64,000 nucleotides of DNA from Octopus sinensis (GCF_006345805.1 NC_043008.1:27652001-27716000); one strand, 5' to 3'; positions 40,584 through 54,410 are shown, numbered from the stretch's first letter. The notes: generated by a model not told the origin, from the sequence alone. Numbers and translations: made by a program.

Positions 40584-42234
40584 TTTTATTAAGGTGGCGG
40601 GCAGGCAAAATCGTTAGCACAGTAGATAAAATGCGAAGTGCCATTTCGACCAGACTACATTATGAGATCAATTTTCTTATCAGCCTTTCGGAGTCGAAGT
40701 AATTATTCGTTGAACACTGTGGTCAATGTAATCGACTAAACACTTCGAAAATATCACTTCCTGTACCTATGGTAGAAAAATTGCTAGCATTATGAATATT
40801 AATATCAATATTATCATTGTTCATGTTAATACTATTGTTTTCTTCTTTTCATATATAGCTTAGGGACTAGAAAGCCCCCACTTTAACCGAAATATGGTGC
40901 AAAGACACGCTCCCTTTACTATTTATGTTACATTAGTAAATTTTGCTTCGATATATCTTGCTAATTAACTTTTCTCCAATCATAGTTATTCCACATTATG
41001 CATAAAATATACTGGTTGTAGAAGAGCGAAGATTGATATAGAATCTAATACATGTAGTGAACGGCTGCGTGATAAACAATGCCATGATCTAAGTATTGAG
41101 GAGGAAAACCTAATTAGGCGTTTTAGGAAACATATCATGTTTAAGTTGTTTCTAATTCCAAAGATAAGAGATAAAAAGTTTCTTTCAAGGCAAGATAAAG
41201 TTAACTGCCCTACAATGTGAACTCCAGAAGAAATGTATGACATTTACCCTAGAATGAAAATGTAATATAAATGTGTTAATGTGTGGCGAAGAACTCCATA
41301 TCTATAATAAGCAGAATGTTTGCTGCAAAATCTTTCTCACCACTTTAGATCAGGTTGTCGCTAGTCACTTGAACGAGAAATGGTCGAGAATTTTGTTACA
41401 AATTTTCTGTCGCGAGAAACTTTGTATTGTAACGTGTAGCAAATAGAACTGCCCACTTTATACATTTACTAGGAAAATATGTATTGGGTTTCCGACGAAA
41501 TCAAGTAACGTGTTATCTCCACCGCGAAGAAAATTGGTGAAGACTGATAATAAGTTAAAAGATATATGAGAGTTACAATGCTAAATAATTATGAACCAAT
41601 GATTTAAACAACGTACAAAATGTATTCATGAACAAGTAACAATGATATTTTAAAGAAAATTAATTATATAAATAGAAATATAATTTAATAATATCTGTAA
41701 TCTGAATGTGTCATTCATATTTGTAATAATGACTGGACGAAAAAGGATTTAACGACACTAGACAGAAATATTTTTAGAATAATGAGGCATTTTACAAACA
41801 TACGACGTAGAATGCATGCTGAAATATTTAGATTATCCTGGATACAGAATGTTCACGCCATTATATTCTCAAATACCGATTGCACGAATACAGAATTATC
41901 TACTGTAACCACTGGTATCTGTAGGCTATTAATTATTTCAAGGTAGCTAACAAGTGCAAGCGCTGTAAGGAAAAAGAGGAAACACTTTAATACTTAACTT
42001 TTAAGAAATCATGTCACGACAGAGAGACTATACATCATACAGAAACTATAAAAACGGAGGAAATCATATTGCAAGCCAATACCTGAAAATAATAAATAAT
42101 TCAACCAGGGACAAGGACAATATAAACAGATTTAAAATATGAAATGTGACTCACTGGTTCAAGTAGAACAGAATCAGTATTCGCTAACTAGAAAAAATAA
42201 ATGAAAATTGTAATGACTTAGAATATTAAATAGA

Positions 42235-42626
42235 CTAGCAGTATAACCCGGCGTTGCTCGTGTTTGTTTCGACCCTTTAGAATTGAAATTTTTGAAAAGT
42301 AAAATGTTTGCATTATGTAGGTTGTTCTTCTTTTTAAGTGATCATTTTTCTGGTTGAAATACACAGATAAATGGCTGGCGACACAGCAGTCAAAAAATCG
42401 TAAAAATAGGGATTTTCATAGAAAAAATGGACATTTTTTATGTAAGTAATTTTTGGTGTTAACATGGTCCGATTTGAATTGTATCTTCTATGAAATGAAG
42501 AGCAAGCCTTCTTCTATCATACGATCAATTTTGGTCAACTTGCGCCGAAGGTCTCGGACGAGATAGTGTTAGTTGAAAGCTACTAAACCTGCCTCACATA
42601 GATAACTTCAGCTTTATATATATAGA
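42235..42626 (-). mobile_element. Non-autonomous Helitron-like element
   Basis: Minus strand starts TC (TCTATATATATAAAGCTG), ends GAGCAACGCCGGGTTATACTGCTAG, and sits between A and T. Confidence 0.8.
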
Positions 42627-44357
42627 TATTAAAAGCACTTCCCGTTCGATTTTTGAGGCGATTCGGTCTGCAAAAAATTCTCTCGTTTTGAGCTATTTTT
42701 TGACACCATTTTGAACTGAGAACTTCTTAAAAAGGCACATTCAAAACTGCTAGAATTTGCATTTTTCAAGCCAGAGAATTCAAACTTGCTCCAATCGATT
42801 CAGGAATTTTTCTACGTATATGCCATATTTTGTTTTTCGAAAAACTAAAAACCTGAACGTGTTTTCGCCCCATTTTCCGTTGCATTCTCGCAAACACGTG
42901 CACAGTCACGCGTAGAATCCAACATGTTGCGTGAAGACAACTCAAGGCAATAGTGTATGACATCCACTCACTCGCAGAAAATGCATTGTTTTGGGCCTTT
43001 TTTATCGAGAGAGAGACTTGAAACCTACTCTGGCGGTAACTACACCACGCCTTCAATAGGTGTGAAATTGTCAGCTCGATCCTTGCACGTCTAGTACCAT
43101 TGAATCCTTACCAAAGCCAAAGTGTGCAAGTGTTTTTCCTCTTTTAGATAGGTAGAAAATATAATTTTAAGATATATGCGATTTCTCTGAAAGACCAGCC
43201 TTATGAAAGGTGGAAATTCATCTGACATTTTAATTGCAGACATTTAAAGAATGGATATAAATCCATACCATTAATGGTTCCAAAGAAAGATATATTTCAG
43301 TTTGCAATCAAATGAAGGGTAAAGGACAGGATATTGTTCAAGATTAAGTCGTTAGTATCCATAGGTTTCTTAACAGGTGCATGGAGGTGATCACCGTTCG
43401 TAGAAAATTGAAAAAGCTCTATATGTGTAAGAGGAATGCTTTATTTAAAACATATTTGAATCAATGGGGATGAAGGAGCTTATGCAACGAGAACTTTTCC
43501 TCGAGATTATACAATGCAACATGCAAAGTTTTGCAAAGAAATTATATGCGGGATATAGAAATTTCATCGATTTGCTACAGGCGTAATATGATGTAAAATG
43601 ACTGGCAATGAATAGTACAATTGTTCGACCACATTGCAACATAATATTCATGGCAAAGATTTGAATATTCTTTGCATTCCCTTGCTGGTTCTTGTTTCTT
43701 TGTCCTGCGATTTAGTATTTGCGATTGTGGTTAGTAGTAGGTTGTGTGAAATATCTTTCTGTTTGACATCCTGTTTGTAATCCTCTTGCCGAAGTGGAGC
43801 AACATTTTTTCGCTTTTCTTGTAGTAATTCACTAATCTCAGTCACGTTCCTTCGCCAAGCAGATAAGATGTAGGACATTTGTCTTTATCATCTTACATAT
43901 GCTGTATTGGCATATGATAAATTCCGTGCAAGATTAAAATACCATCCTTGATATACTAGAATATAGATAGGATTCAGCATTAAGAATTCTACGTGGTTGA
44001 TTTGTGTATAGCACATTATGTATCCTGATAAGATTTCTCTGCACTGTAGTGTGCATTGAATGGCATTATGTTATTTCCCGCTCACTAAGGGGCATTGCTG
44101 ATGTAAGCGGAATCGATCATCGTGGTAAATAAAGCTTGCAACATACTCTGTCTTCCCTATCAATAATCTAAAATATACTAAAGTTACACCGAAGAATTCC
44201 TTACGTCCGTCGTGCGACGAAACCGCAGTACCTCGGATGACGCCTGGTTGTCGTAAATAGTGAACTTGCACTGAAGGCACATTCCTAGCGACATACCAAA
44301 AACAAGGTTTGGGTACTATATTTGAAAGACTATCCAAACTTGAATTTTAAATATAAC

Positions 44358-44441
<84 letters not shown>

Positions 44442-45329
44442 TATATATAATATGGAGATTAGTGACGTACCGTAAGAAAGGGAACACAATGGAGTGACAG
44501 AGGGAGAGAGGAGAAATGGAAAGACAAGAAAATACGTCAACAACAAACTATGACATTACAATCAGCTAGGCAAAGACTTCGCGACATTTGCGGTACCTGG
44601 AAGAGGGTGTGTTTGTCCAGGATATGACTACACAGCTACAGCAGGAGATGCATTAGGACATGAAGTGTAAAAGCCGGACTAGATTATTTTATGCGCAACT
44701 CCATTGTCTCCAGAGACAAAAAGGATGCCAACAATATATGCTTATATGCGTATAGGACATTACCAGAAATAAATAACATGAAATACGAAAACAAATGAGC
44801 TAAATTCGCAATCAACGACAATATCAGTCTCCGAAGATAGTTGCTCCCATAAATACCAAAATAAAATTTTCGATTTACTGAGGGTCAAAGCTGGGAACAA
44901 ATGCAGGACAGTGGAGACAACAAAGAAACCGAACGAAAACAGACATGGGCTGTCGTTAGATCAGATCGAGGGGAAATATTATTTTCTTTGAAAGGAGAGA
45001 AGAGAGAAGACGGCCAGTCCTTAGAATCTCCGTGGAGGAAAAGAAAGATGGTCACGTCAAATAAATTAAAATGGATGATGGTCAAGTGTGAGTTTTTGTT
45101 CCCAAATTTGACTCTCCATAAATCCAAATTTATATTTTGTTATTTATGGGAGCAACTGTCTTCAAAATCTCATATTGTCGTTGATCGCTCGAAATTGGGA
45201 GTAAGTAGACAGCCGACAACTGATGAAGGGTTGTTCTGTGTATTACATTCCTATTTCGTTGTTTGCGTATTTACTTCATTTGTTTGTTTTAGTATTTCAT
45301 GTTGTTTACTGTTGGTGACGTCCAGTACC

Positions 45330-45360
<31 letters not shown>

Positions 45361-46086
45361 GTAAAATATATATATGAATAAGTAAATGGAGTTTAACGCA
45401 GGTATAAATCAAATATTTTTACTTTCGACACATATTTCGAAAATTCCATTGATATAAACAATGCAATCTTCTCTTCAGGAAAGTGAAAAAACGAAACTCG
45501 TAAATAAGACGTTTTAGCAAAAAATAATGGATTCGTATAGTGATTAACTAAACGCTATTAATATTGTTTAAAAACAATTATATGATATAACGTCAGAAGT
45601 AGCTTACAGAAAGAGTAGGGATATTAATAGTGAATGTTAAATATGAAGGAAATTAATGTTTAAATTATATATAATGATAGGGATTACTTATATGCACAAA
45701 AGGTGTGTTTATGCCAATGTTTACATCAGTATGTTCGCTCTATTACCGTGGTTAGGAGGGGATTTTTAGAATAAATAATGAAAAATAGTTCAGAATTACA
45801 GAGAAGACCGAATTCCTTGTCTTTGTCATAAGTTATTGAGATTGAGAGAATCAAACTTTTAAATGAAATTGTTTATTGTGGTCTTTTAGATCCCAAATTA
45901 GTTTGCTGAGACCGGTACTATTACGTTTATTTCTATCTCCAAATATGGTCGGCCAGGACGAGAACCTATTGATGCTCTTCCACTATAATTCTATTAACAG
46001 TAGCAAGAGGAATTTGAAGATTCTCGGCAATTTTTCGCTGGCTAAGACCAGCCTTATATCTCTCTATCTCTCTATCTCTCTCTCTC

Positions 46087-46141
<55 letters not shown>

Positions 46142-46257
46142 GTATATGTATTTATAAATGCTAAAGTATGTAGTTCTACCTATAGATTAGATATCACGTG
46201 TTTGTTTCATGATTTAAATTTAAAAAATTGAAAATTAAATTCTTGCATGTCTGTCTA

Positions 46258-46320
<63 letters not shown>

Positions 46321-46344
46321 TATATATATAATATATATATATAT

Positions 46345-47525
46345 AGACAGACATGCAATAATTTAATTTTCAATTTTTTTTATTTAAATCATGAAACAAA
46401 AACGTGATACATAATCTATAGGTAGAACTACATACTTTAGCATTTAGTTGACATTCGTTTTTTTAATTAAGAAACTCTTTTTGGCATTGAACTGATGAGC
46501 TTTGCGATTGTCTCTTGTGGAATTTCTGTCCACTTTTCACGCAATAATCGAAAAAAATTCATCTTTAGATTTAAGTTTCTTTCGAGATTTTCGTATAGCT
46601 CTCTCTAGTATGCTCCAAAGATTTTTAATCGGGTCCATGTCAGAAGATTGGCTCGGCCAAGGAAGCTTTTTGATCTCATTTTCAGTCAGCCATATTTGAT
46701 TTCTTTTCGCTCTGTGGCATGGAGTTCCTTCTTCCATGAATAAAAACTTATTTTCGTTATGTTATCGTGTGAATACATCGTAAGTATTTCGATGTATTTT
46801 TCAGAGTTTATGGCTCCAACACATTCGATCAGCTCATAACGACCATTGCTGGTGACAGCTCACTATACCATTATAGAGATACTGCTATATTTCACAGTTG
46901 GTTGAAGTCGTTTGAAATCAAATTCTTGATTGGGAAAACTCCAGACCCAAACACGTCCACTGTCTCAAAATAATGCAAATCTAGATTCATCTGAGAAAAT
47001 CACCCTAGAGTAAAATGAACTGGATGAAATTTGTTTTCATGTAATTAATTGGTTGAAGGAGAGGTTTTCTTCTAGCTGCTCGTCCATAATACATAAGCTT
47101 ATGCAGAAATGAAACACACGTTCTTAGATTAACTTCTAGCTGTTTTGCAATATCAATAACCTTCGAACGAGGTTCGTTTCCCACAACTCACTTCAAACAG
47201 CGAAGCTTCTTTCCGAGGGCCCAGGTCGGCCGGGGCGAGAACCTGTTGATGCTTTTTCCTTGTTTTTTGAATTCCACTATAATTCTATTAACAGTAGCAA
47301 GAGGAATTTGAAGATTCTCGGCAATTTTTCGCTGGCTAAGAGCAGCCTTAGATTGCGCATATTACGGCTTCTTTGAAAATCTGACAGTTCTGCTCAATTT
47401 TCTGTGCGTGACATGGTTACTCTTCGCAAATGTTTAATATAATGGCATCTGGAACGAAAGAGTATAATTACATTGTAAATTCTACACCGCAGAAAATATT
47501 TTAAGACGCTTAGATAAGAAATTTT
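46345..47525 (-). mobile_element. Tc1-like (DD34E) transposon, inactivated, copy 1
   Basis: RVIFSDESRF (~46980-47010), FMEEGTPCH, and WPSQSSDMDPIKNLWSIL, with 34 residues between the second and third catalytic positions. Confidence 0.88.
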
Positions 47526-47526
47526 G

Positions 47527-47558
<32 letters not shown>

Positions 47559-47570
47559 ATATATATATAG

Positions 47571-47604
<34 letters not shown>

Positions 47605-47611
47605 CATATAT

Positions 47612-48793
47612 AGACAGACATGCAATAATTTAATTTTCAATTTTTTTTATTTAAATCATGAAACAAAAACGTGATACATAATCTATAGGTAGAACTACAT
47701 ACTTTAGCATTTAGTTGACATTCGTTTTTTTAATTAAGAAACTCTTTTTGGCATTGAACTGATGAGCTTTGCGATTGTCTCTTGTGGAATTTCTGTCCAC
47801 TTTTCACGCAATAATCGAAAAAAATTCATCTTTAGATTTAAGTTTCTTTCGAGATTTTCGTATAGCTCTCTCTAGTATGCTCCAAAGATTTTTAATCGGG
47901 TCCATGTCAGAAGATTGGCTCGGCCAAGGAAGCTTTTTGATCTCATTTTCAGTCAGCCATATTGATTTCTTTTCGCTCTGTGGCATGGAGTTCCTTCTTC
48001 CATGAATAAAAACTTATTTTCGTTATGTTATCGTGTGAATACATCGTAAGTATTTCGATGTATTTTTCAGAGTTTATGGCTCCAACACATTCGATCAGCT
48101 CATAACGACCATTGCTGGTGACAGCTCACTATACCATTATAGAGATACTGCTATATTTCACAGTTGGTTGAAGTCGTTTGAAATCAAATTCTTGATTGGG
48201 AAAACTCCAGACCCAAACACGTCCACTGTCTCAAAATAATGCAAATCTAGATTCATCTGAGAAAATCACCCTAGAGTAAAATGAACTGGATGAAATTTGT
48301 TTTCATGTAATTAATTGGTTGAAGGAGAGGTTTTCTTCTAGCTGCTCGTCCATAATACATAAGCTTATGCAGAAATGAAACACACGTTCTTAGATTAACT
48401 TCTAGCTGTTTTGCAATATCAATAACCTTCGAACGAGGTTCGTTTCCCACAACTCACTTCAAACAGCGAAGCTTCTTTCCGAGGGCCCAGGTCGGCCGGG
48501 GCGAGAACCTGTTGATGCTTTTTCCTTGTTTTTTGAATTCCACTATAATTCTATTAACAGTAGCAAGAGGAATTTGAAGATTCTCGGCAATTTTTCGCTG
48601 GCTAAGAGCAGCCTTAGATTGCGCATATTACGGCTTCTTTGAAAATCTGACAGTTCTGCTCAATTTTCTGTGCGTGACATGGTTACTCTTCGCAATGTTT
48701 AATATAATGGCATCTGGAACGAAAGAGTATAATTAACATTGTAAATTCTACAACCGCAGAAAATATTTTAAGACGCTTAGATAAGAAATTTTG
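47612..48793 (-). mobile_element. Tc1-like (DD34E) transposon, inactivated, copy 2 (tandem duplicate)
   Basis: Near-identical to 46345-47525, separated by (TA)n. Confidence 0.88.
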
Positions 48794-50300
48794 TATATAT
48801 ATATATATATATAGATATATATATATACATATATATATACATACACAAGAAAAAAGCAACAAGAATGGATTAGTTGTTCAGTACAATTGTTTCATACGAA
48901 GAACAGCTTTATTAAAAGCTGCAAATATTGCAGCAAATACAAGTGTCCCGTATTCACAAGCCAAAACACATATGAGCTTTCCAAACATCCTAGGGGGTGA
49001 GGTTACACTCATGAAGTATCGAAGAGAGTTCTATGAAAAGTAAAGTTAGATTCTGAACAGATTCAAAAGTTCTCTAATGATGCACAGTTTTATAAAAGGT
49101 TTTTAAAAAAGTCTGTTAGCTTCACAGAAAAGGTAAATCCATCCATAATAATGCAGGTGTAATTTCCGGAGATATGAGGAGATATTTCATACTCAGAGAA
49201 GATGAATGTATCCATAATAATGTAGATGTAATTTCCTGATATATGAGAAGATGTTGATCACACTTCTATTCGTTTCACAAAACTACTATGTTGGAAGAAG
49301 AGATTCACTATATTGGCCAAAAGAAGTCGCAATAGAAGTCAGTGGAGCAGAAACCGCCCAAATAAGGACATTATGGGACATTATGGGAGGAAGGGGTATA
49401 AGTACACAACTTACAAAGTTTAGTTTATTTCTGTGGTGACAGAAAATTTAGGTCAGTGTGGCAGGAATCTGAGATTTATAAATTATGAAAGAGAACATTA
49501 CTTTTGACCATCATACAGCTATTAACTACCACTCCTACAGAGTTAAAGGCAGGTATAAGAATATAAAGAAAACAAAAGAAAGTATCAAAGGGGTCAAAGG
49601 CTATCAGTAGAGGAAAATACATTAAGAGAATAGGAGGTTATTTATTTATTTATTATTGTTTCTATTTATACAAATGTTTATACATTGTAATACAGACTTT
49701 AGGTCTATACCTAGAGGTCAATTAATTTCTATAGTAAAAGGTGTGAGAGTATTGTTTATTCAAAGTATAGTGAAAATCATAGTGAAAATTCTTTATATTA
49801 TTATTAAGTGAGTAGCATTACTTATTAAACTTAGAATAGAATTAGGAAGTATTAGCAATTTATTTGATTTGAGTTGGGTTAGTTAAATTAGATTAAATTA
49901 GATTAACTATATAGTCAATTAAAATTTTTGGCAACGTACAAATACCATTTGTTTCTTTGTGTTCTAAAACAGGTAAAGTTAGAAAGAAAGAACACCAGTG
50001 GAAGAGCTCACAGATATCTATTTAAAATATATATTAAAGTTTTGCTTTTTTAGTAAAAACAAGATAGACCTAGTTCTATACGATTATTCTATACGATTTT
50101 TATTTAAAATATTTAAGAGTCTTAATTTTTGAGTGAATAGAAGATCGACCAATTCGATACGGTTATTTAACAATTTTTTTTTCTATGCCTTAAAATTTCA
50201 TGTCTCCATGGAGCAGAGTTGGCAACCTGCTCATATATATATATATATGAAAAAACAAGTCAACATAGAAAATGCTAAGATAATTTTATAAAGAGCATTT

Positions 50301-50338
50301 CAGTACCGGTTTCGGACATTTTGAGACCTTTTCAACTG
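50301..50338 (-). ncRNA. Minimal type I hammerhead ribozyme motif, U3-A8 core
   Basis: CAG-TTGAAAA-GGTC(TCAAAAT)GTCC-GAAAC-CG-GTA-CTG; one stem II mismatch. Confidence 0.7.
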
Positions 50339-51035
50339 TAACGATTAAATAATTAAATTTAGAAAAATTAAAAGAAAAGCTTTTTTAAAGGAATATTTGT
50401 ATAGTGTTCAAATATAAGTGGCATTTTCCTTGTTTCTGCTTTTCTATGTCTCTCTTGTTTACACTTGTGAGTTCGAGGTCGTTATGAATTCTTGGTAGGG
50501 AAGAAGAAGAAGAAGAAGAAGAAGAAGAAGAAGAAGAAGAAGAAGCAGAAGAAGAAGAAGAAGAAGAAGAAGAAGAAGAAAAAGAAGAAGAAGAAGAAGA
50601 AAAGAAGAAGAAGAAGAAGAAGAAGAAGAAGATGAAGAAGAAGAAGAAGAAGAAGCAGAAGAAGAAGAAGAGAAGAAGAAGAAGAAGAAGAAAAGAAGAA
50701 GAAGAAAAATAAGGATAATGAGGAGAAGCAGGGGTGACATTTGGGAGTGCCTTGATTGTCGTATTTTGAATGGTCGGTGGCGGCTAGCAGTTGCTGTTCA
50801 ATTAATGAGAATATTTCTATTGAAAGGTTTGTTTATAGAATTTGCGTTTATACAATTTGCGTGGGTGATAACCATTCAAAACACGACAATCAAAGCAATA
50901 GTGGTAAAGTTAAGAAGTAGAAGTTGGAGCAGAAGAAGAAGAAGAAGAAGATAGGAAGAAGAAGAAGAAGAAGAAGATAAAGAAGAAGAAGAAGAAAAGA
51001 AGAAGAAGATAAAGAAGAAGAAAAAAAGAAAAGAA

Positions 51036-51097
<62 letters not shown>

Positions 51098-53965
51098 CGA
51101 TGATGATGATGATGATGATGATGATGAAGAAGAGGAAGGAGGAGAAGAGAAGGGAGAATATGAATGAGTGGAAATAATGAGGTGTTGTATGACTTGAAGT
51201 TGGCACGTTATGGGTTATATCTGTGATTGGGGCTGATTTGTAATGGATTCTTTGGAATGTAATATTTGCGTGTGTAATTGTGTTATTCTAAAGCCGAGGT
51301 GTATATATCGTTTGTCGTAGACCCGTTAAGAAGTGGCCTGTATTTTGTGATAAAGAGAGTTTCTTTACTTATTCGTTGTCTCGAGGTTGTATCGTCCCTG
51401 AATTGGTAGAGGGAGAAAATCCTGAAGTTTGGTGTTTTGTTGTTGGCGCAAGTATCTATGTGTTGGCTGAAAGCTATTTTTCTGTTTTGGGGAATTTTTA
51501 TCTGGGATCTGTGCAGGGCCATTCTTTTACGCAAACTATTTTTGTTTGGCCTATGTACTGCACTTAACACCCAGAGCAGGTTAGTGTTTATATCAGGTTC
51601 TTCGAAGCACATGTGAAGTTGCTTTTCACTGAATACCGGTGTCCCTCTTTGAAGGAGAACTCTGATCCCTCTTTGAAGGAGAACTCTGATCCCTTAATTA
51701 GATAATCGCATATCCCGCAATTGTGTCTTCCACATTTTTTTACTGTTGGCTTCTGTGTTGAAGAGCGTATTCGGACTTGTGTTAGGAGACTTTTCATAGA
51801 TTTAGGCTGTCTCTTGCTTTTTATGATCGTGTGTGTTTGGAGGATTGTGTTCATTCTGTGGTATTTTTTTAGGAGGGGTATGTTTTGGAGGATGGTGTCG
51901 AAGGCTTCATTGTTGAGAGGTTTGTGTGTGGATATGTATGGTAAGGCTTTTGGTCGTAAATTTTTCTTTGATTTGGGATGTCTGAGTTCCTGCATGTTGA
52001 GTTGAAGGGCATGATGAATGCATATGCCAATAAGTGAAGGTGGCTAGTTCCTGGTGATGAGGGTATCTTTTAGTTCTTGTAGTCGTGTGTCTCTGGTGTT
52101 TGCATTAGAAACTATAGTACACATTCTTTTTGCTAGATTGAAGGGGATATTCATTCTGGTGTGCCTGGGGTGGCATGAATTGAATGGAAGATACTGCTTA
52201 GAATCTGTAGCCTTATAGTATATGTCTGTTTCTATTACATTATTAGCTTTCTTAATAAGGATATCGTGGAAGGGGAGTTGTTGCTGGCTATATTCCATCG
52301 TGAATTGGATGTTTAAGTCCAGTCCATTTAAAATTGCTTGGAATTCTTTGACTTTCTCTATATTTTCATGCCAAAGAATGAAACAGTCATCTAGATATCT
52401 CTTCCAGTTGTTTTATATGTAGATGGAGAAAAGGCTGCCATATCTTTCTAGAACCTTACGATACAGACTGATTTCTAGATATACCATGACCAGGTTGGCA
52501 AAGGAGGGGGCCATTCGTGTACCCATCGCAGTCCCTGATTTTTGTCGGTAAATGTTGTCTTTGAAGGCGAAGAAGTTATTTTCCAGGATGGATTTAACCC
52601 CTTCTATCACGAATTCTTTTTTGATGCGATGTGAGAGTTCGTTGGCGTGATTCTCTAGCCAGAACTGAATTGCCTCTATTCCTAGGTTGTGGGTGATATT
52701 GGAATAGAGGTTGACTACATCGAAGGATACTAGTAGGGTGTTTTTGTTTATTGTTTAGGCAGGTGATTGAGCATATCCAGGTCGTCCCTTATATAGCTTT
52801 TGACATGTTTGAGAAGTGGTTTTAACAGGGTGTCTAAAACGTTACTGAGGCGGTGGGTTTCACATGCGGGACCTGCTATTATTTGAGGTCATTAGGATTA
52901 GGGACTTTAATTACTTTGTCTGTAGCTATCTTGCATGCGTTACTTATTTTCTCACTTTTGTGTATCTTAGGAATACCGTTGAATTGGCTGGTTTTACTTG
53001 TGAAATTGGTCATATAGTCATATTTCTTTGTCGGTGATCCCTTCTTTGTATGGGGTTAACATGATTTTAGTTCCCTCATTATTTTTTGTTGACTGTAGTT
53101 TTGTGCCTTTTCATAATATGCTGTGTCTTCCAGCATAGATAGTACTAAAGTTATGTAAAATGTCGTGACTATTAAGACAACTGCACTCCCTTTATCGGCC
53201 TCTTTGATTGTTATTGTTGTGTCTTGTTTTAATTTGTTCAACTCAGCCCATTCTTTTTTTATCAAGGTTGGTTTGTGTTTTTGTTTGTGCATATGTTGAT
53301 ATGGGTAATTCGATATGTGGTCACAGAAATGAGGAAGTGTAGTTACTCCTATTTCTGACCAACGATTCGTCCTCGTTGTATTTGTCATATAGCTCCTCAG
53401 TAAGTCGTAATTTTCTGCAGAATTCTGCGATGTCTTCTTTCATTTCATTGTAGTTAGGGTGTTGTGGGTGGGTGTAAACTTGAGTCCTTTGGAAAGTATA
53501 TTTATTTGGTTTGCTGTTATTTCATTGTGAGTTAGATTGATAATTTTTATCACTTTTGGTTCCTCCTGCTTGTTTGGTGCTATCTTGTGTCACTGTGTTT
53601 GCGTATTGGGTCTAAAAAATGAATGCAGTGGTTGGGACGGTAGCTATTATATAGTTGTTCTTTGTTGATGTTGGTTGTCCTGTTGTGATTAATGGTGTGT
53701 GTTCTTGGAAGAGTATTGAGAAGTGCGTCCCGATATCCCATATTCGGGTGTGGTGTTTTAGGAGGCCTTCGTTGATAATTATTGCGAGTGGTGTGGGTTT
53801 GTTGTGCATGGCTGTTTAGTCGGATGTTGGAACGAAGATTTCGTAGGTAACTCTTTTGGGTGGGGAGGAGGTTGCAGCGTCTATCCTGTGGGTATTGATT
53901 TATCCTTTCTCTGTTTGAAGTGGGGGTATTCCTGATATGCTAAAATAATTTTATAAAGAACATTT

Positions 53966-54003
53966 CAGTACCGGTTTCGGTCATTTTGAGACCTTTTCAA
54001 CTG
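53966..54003 (-). ncRNA. Minimal type I hammerhead ribozyme motif, U3-A8 core, intact stems
   Basis: CAG-TTGAAAA-GGTC(TCAAAAT)GACC-GAAAC-CG-GTA-CTG; palindromic ACCGGT stem III. Confidence 0.8.
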
Positions 54004-54174
54004 TAACGATTAAATAATTAAAGAATTCACAACGACCTCGAACCCACAAGTGTAAACAAGGGAGACAGAGAAAGGCAGAAACAAGGAAAATGCCACTTAT
54101 ATTTGAACACTATACAAATATTCCTTTAAAAAACTTTTCTTTTAATTTTTTTAAATTTAATTATTTAATCGTTA

Positions 54175-54212
54175 CAGTTGAAAAGGTCTCAAAATGTCCG
54201 AAACCGGTACTG
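54175..54212 (+). ncRNA. Minimal type I hammerhead ribozyme motif, U3-A8 core (inverted pLTR)
   Basis: Same sequence as 50301-50338 on the opposite strand. Confidence 0.7.
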
Positions 54213-54306
54213 AAATGTTCTTTATAAAATTATTTTAGCATTTTCCATCTTGACTTGTTTTTTCATATATATCAACTCGTGTGTTCCTTTTCACCCTTAT
54301 ACACAC

Positions 54307-54364
<58 letters not shown>

Positions 54365-54378
54365 TATATATTATATAT

Positions 54379-54410
<32 letters not shown>

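Larger units (their letters stand above)
50249..54264 (-). mobile_element. Near full-length Penelope-like element with 3' pLTR and inverted 5' pLTR
   Basis: RT motifs IKEADKGSAVV, FDVVNLYSNI, YRQKSGTAMGTRMAPSFANL, RYLDDCF, SCHP. GIY-YIG region CGRHNCGIC...SLRKRMALH...KETLFITKYRPLLN. ORF broken by frameshifts and stops. 50249-50495 is the reverse complement of 54021-54264. (TA)n on both sides. Confidence 0.95.

Noticed and set aside
44185-44240. Hammerhead-like GTC(GTGC)GAC-GAAAC...GTA
   Set aside because: No 7 nt core between the putative stem I and stem II.
43445-44337. ORFs 43445-43878 and 44071-44337 as genes
   Set aside because: Short, with no identifiable domain; cannot be supported without a search.
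49250-50200. Possible degraded LINE
   Set aside because: No motif could be read with confidence.
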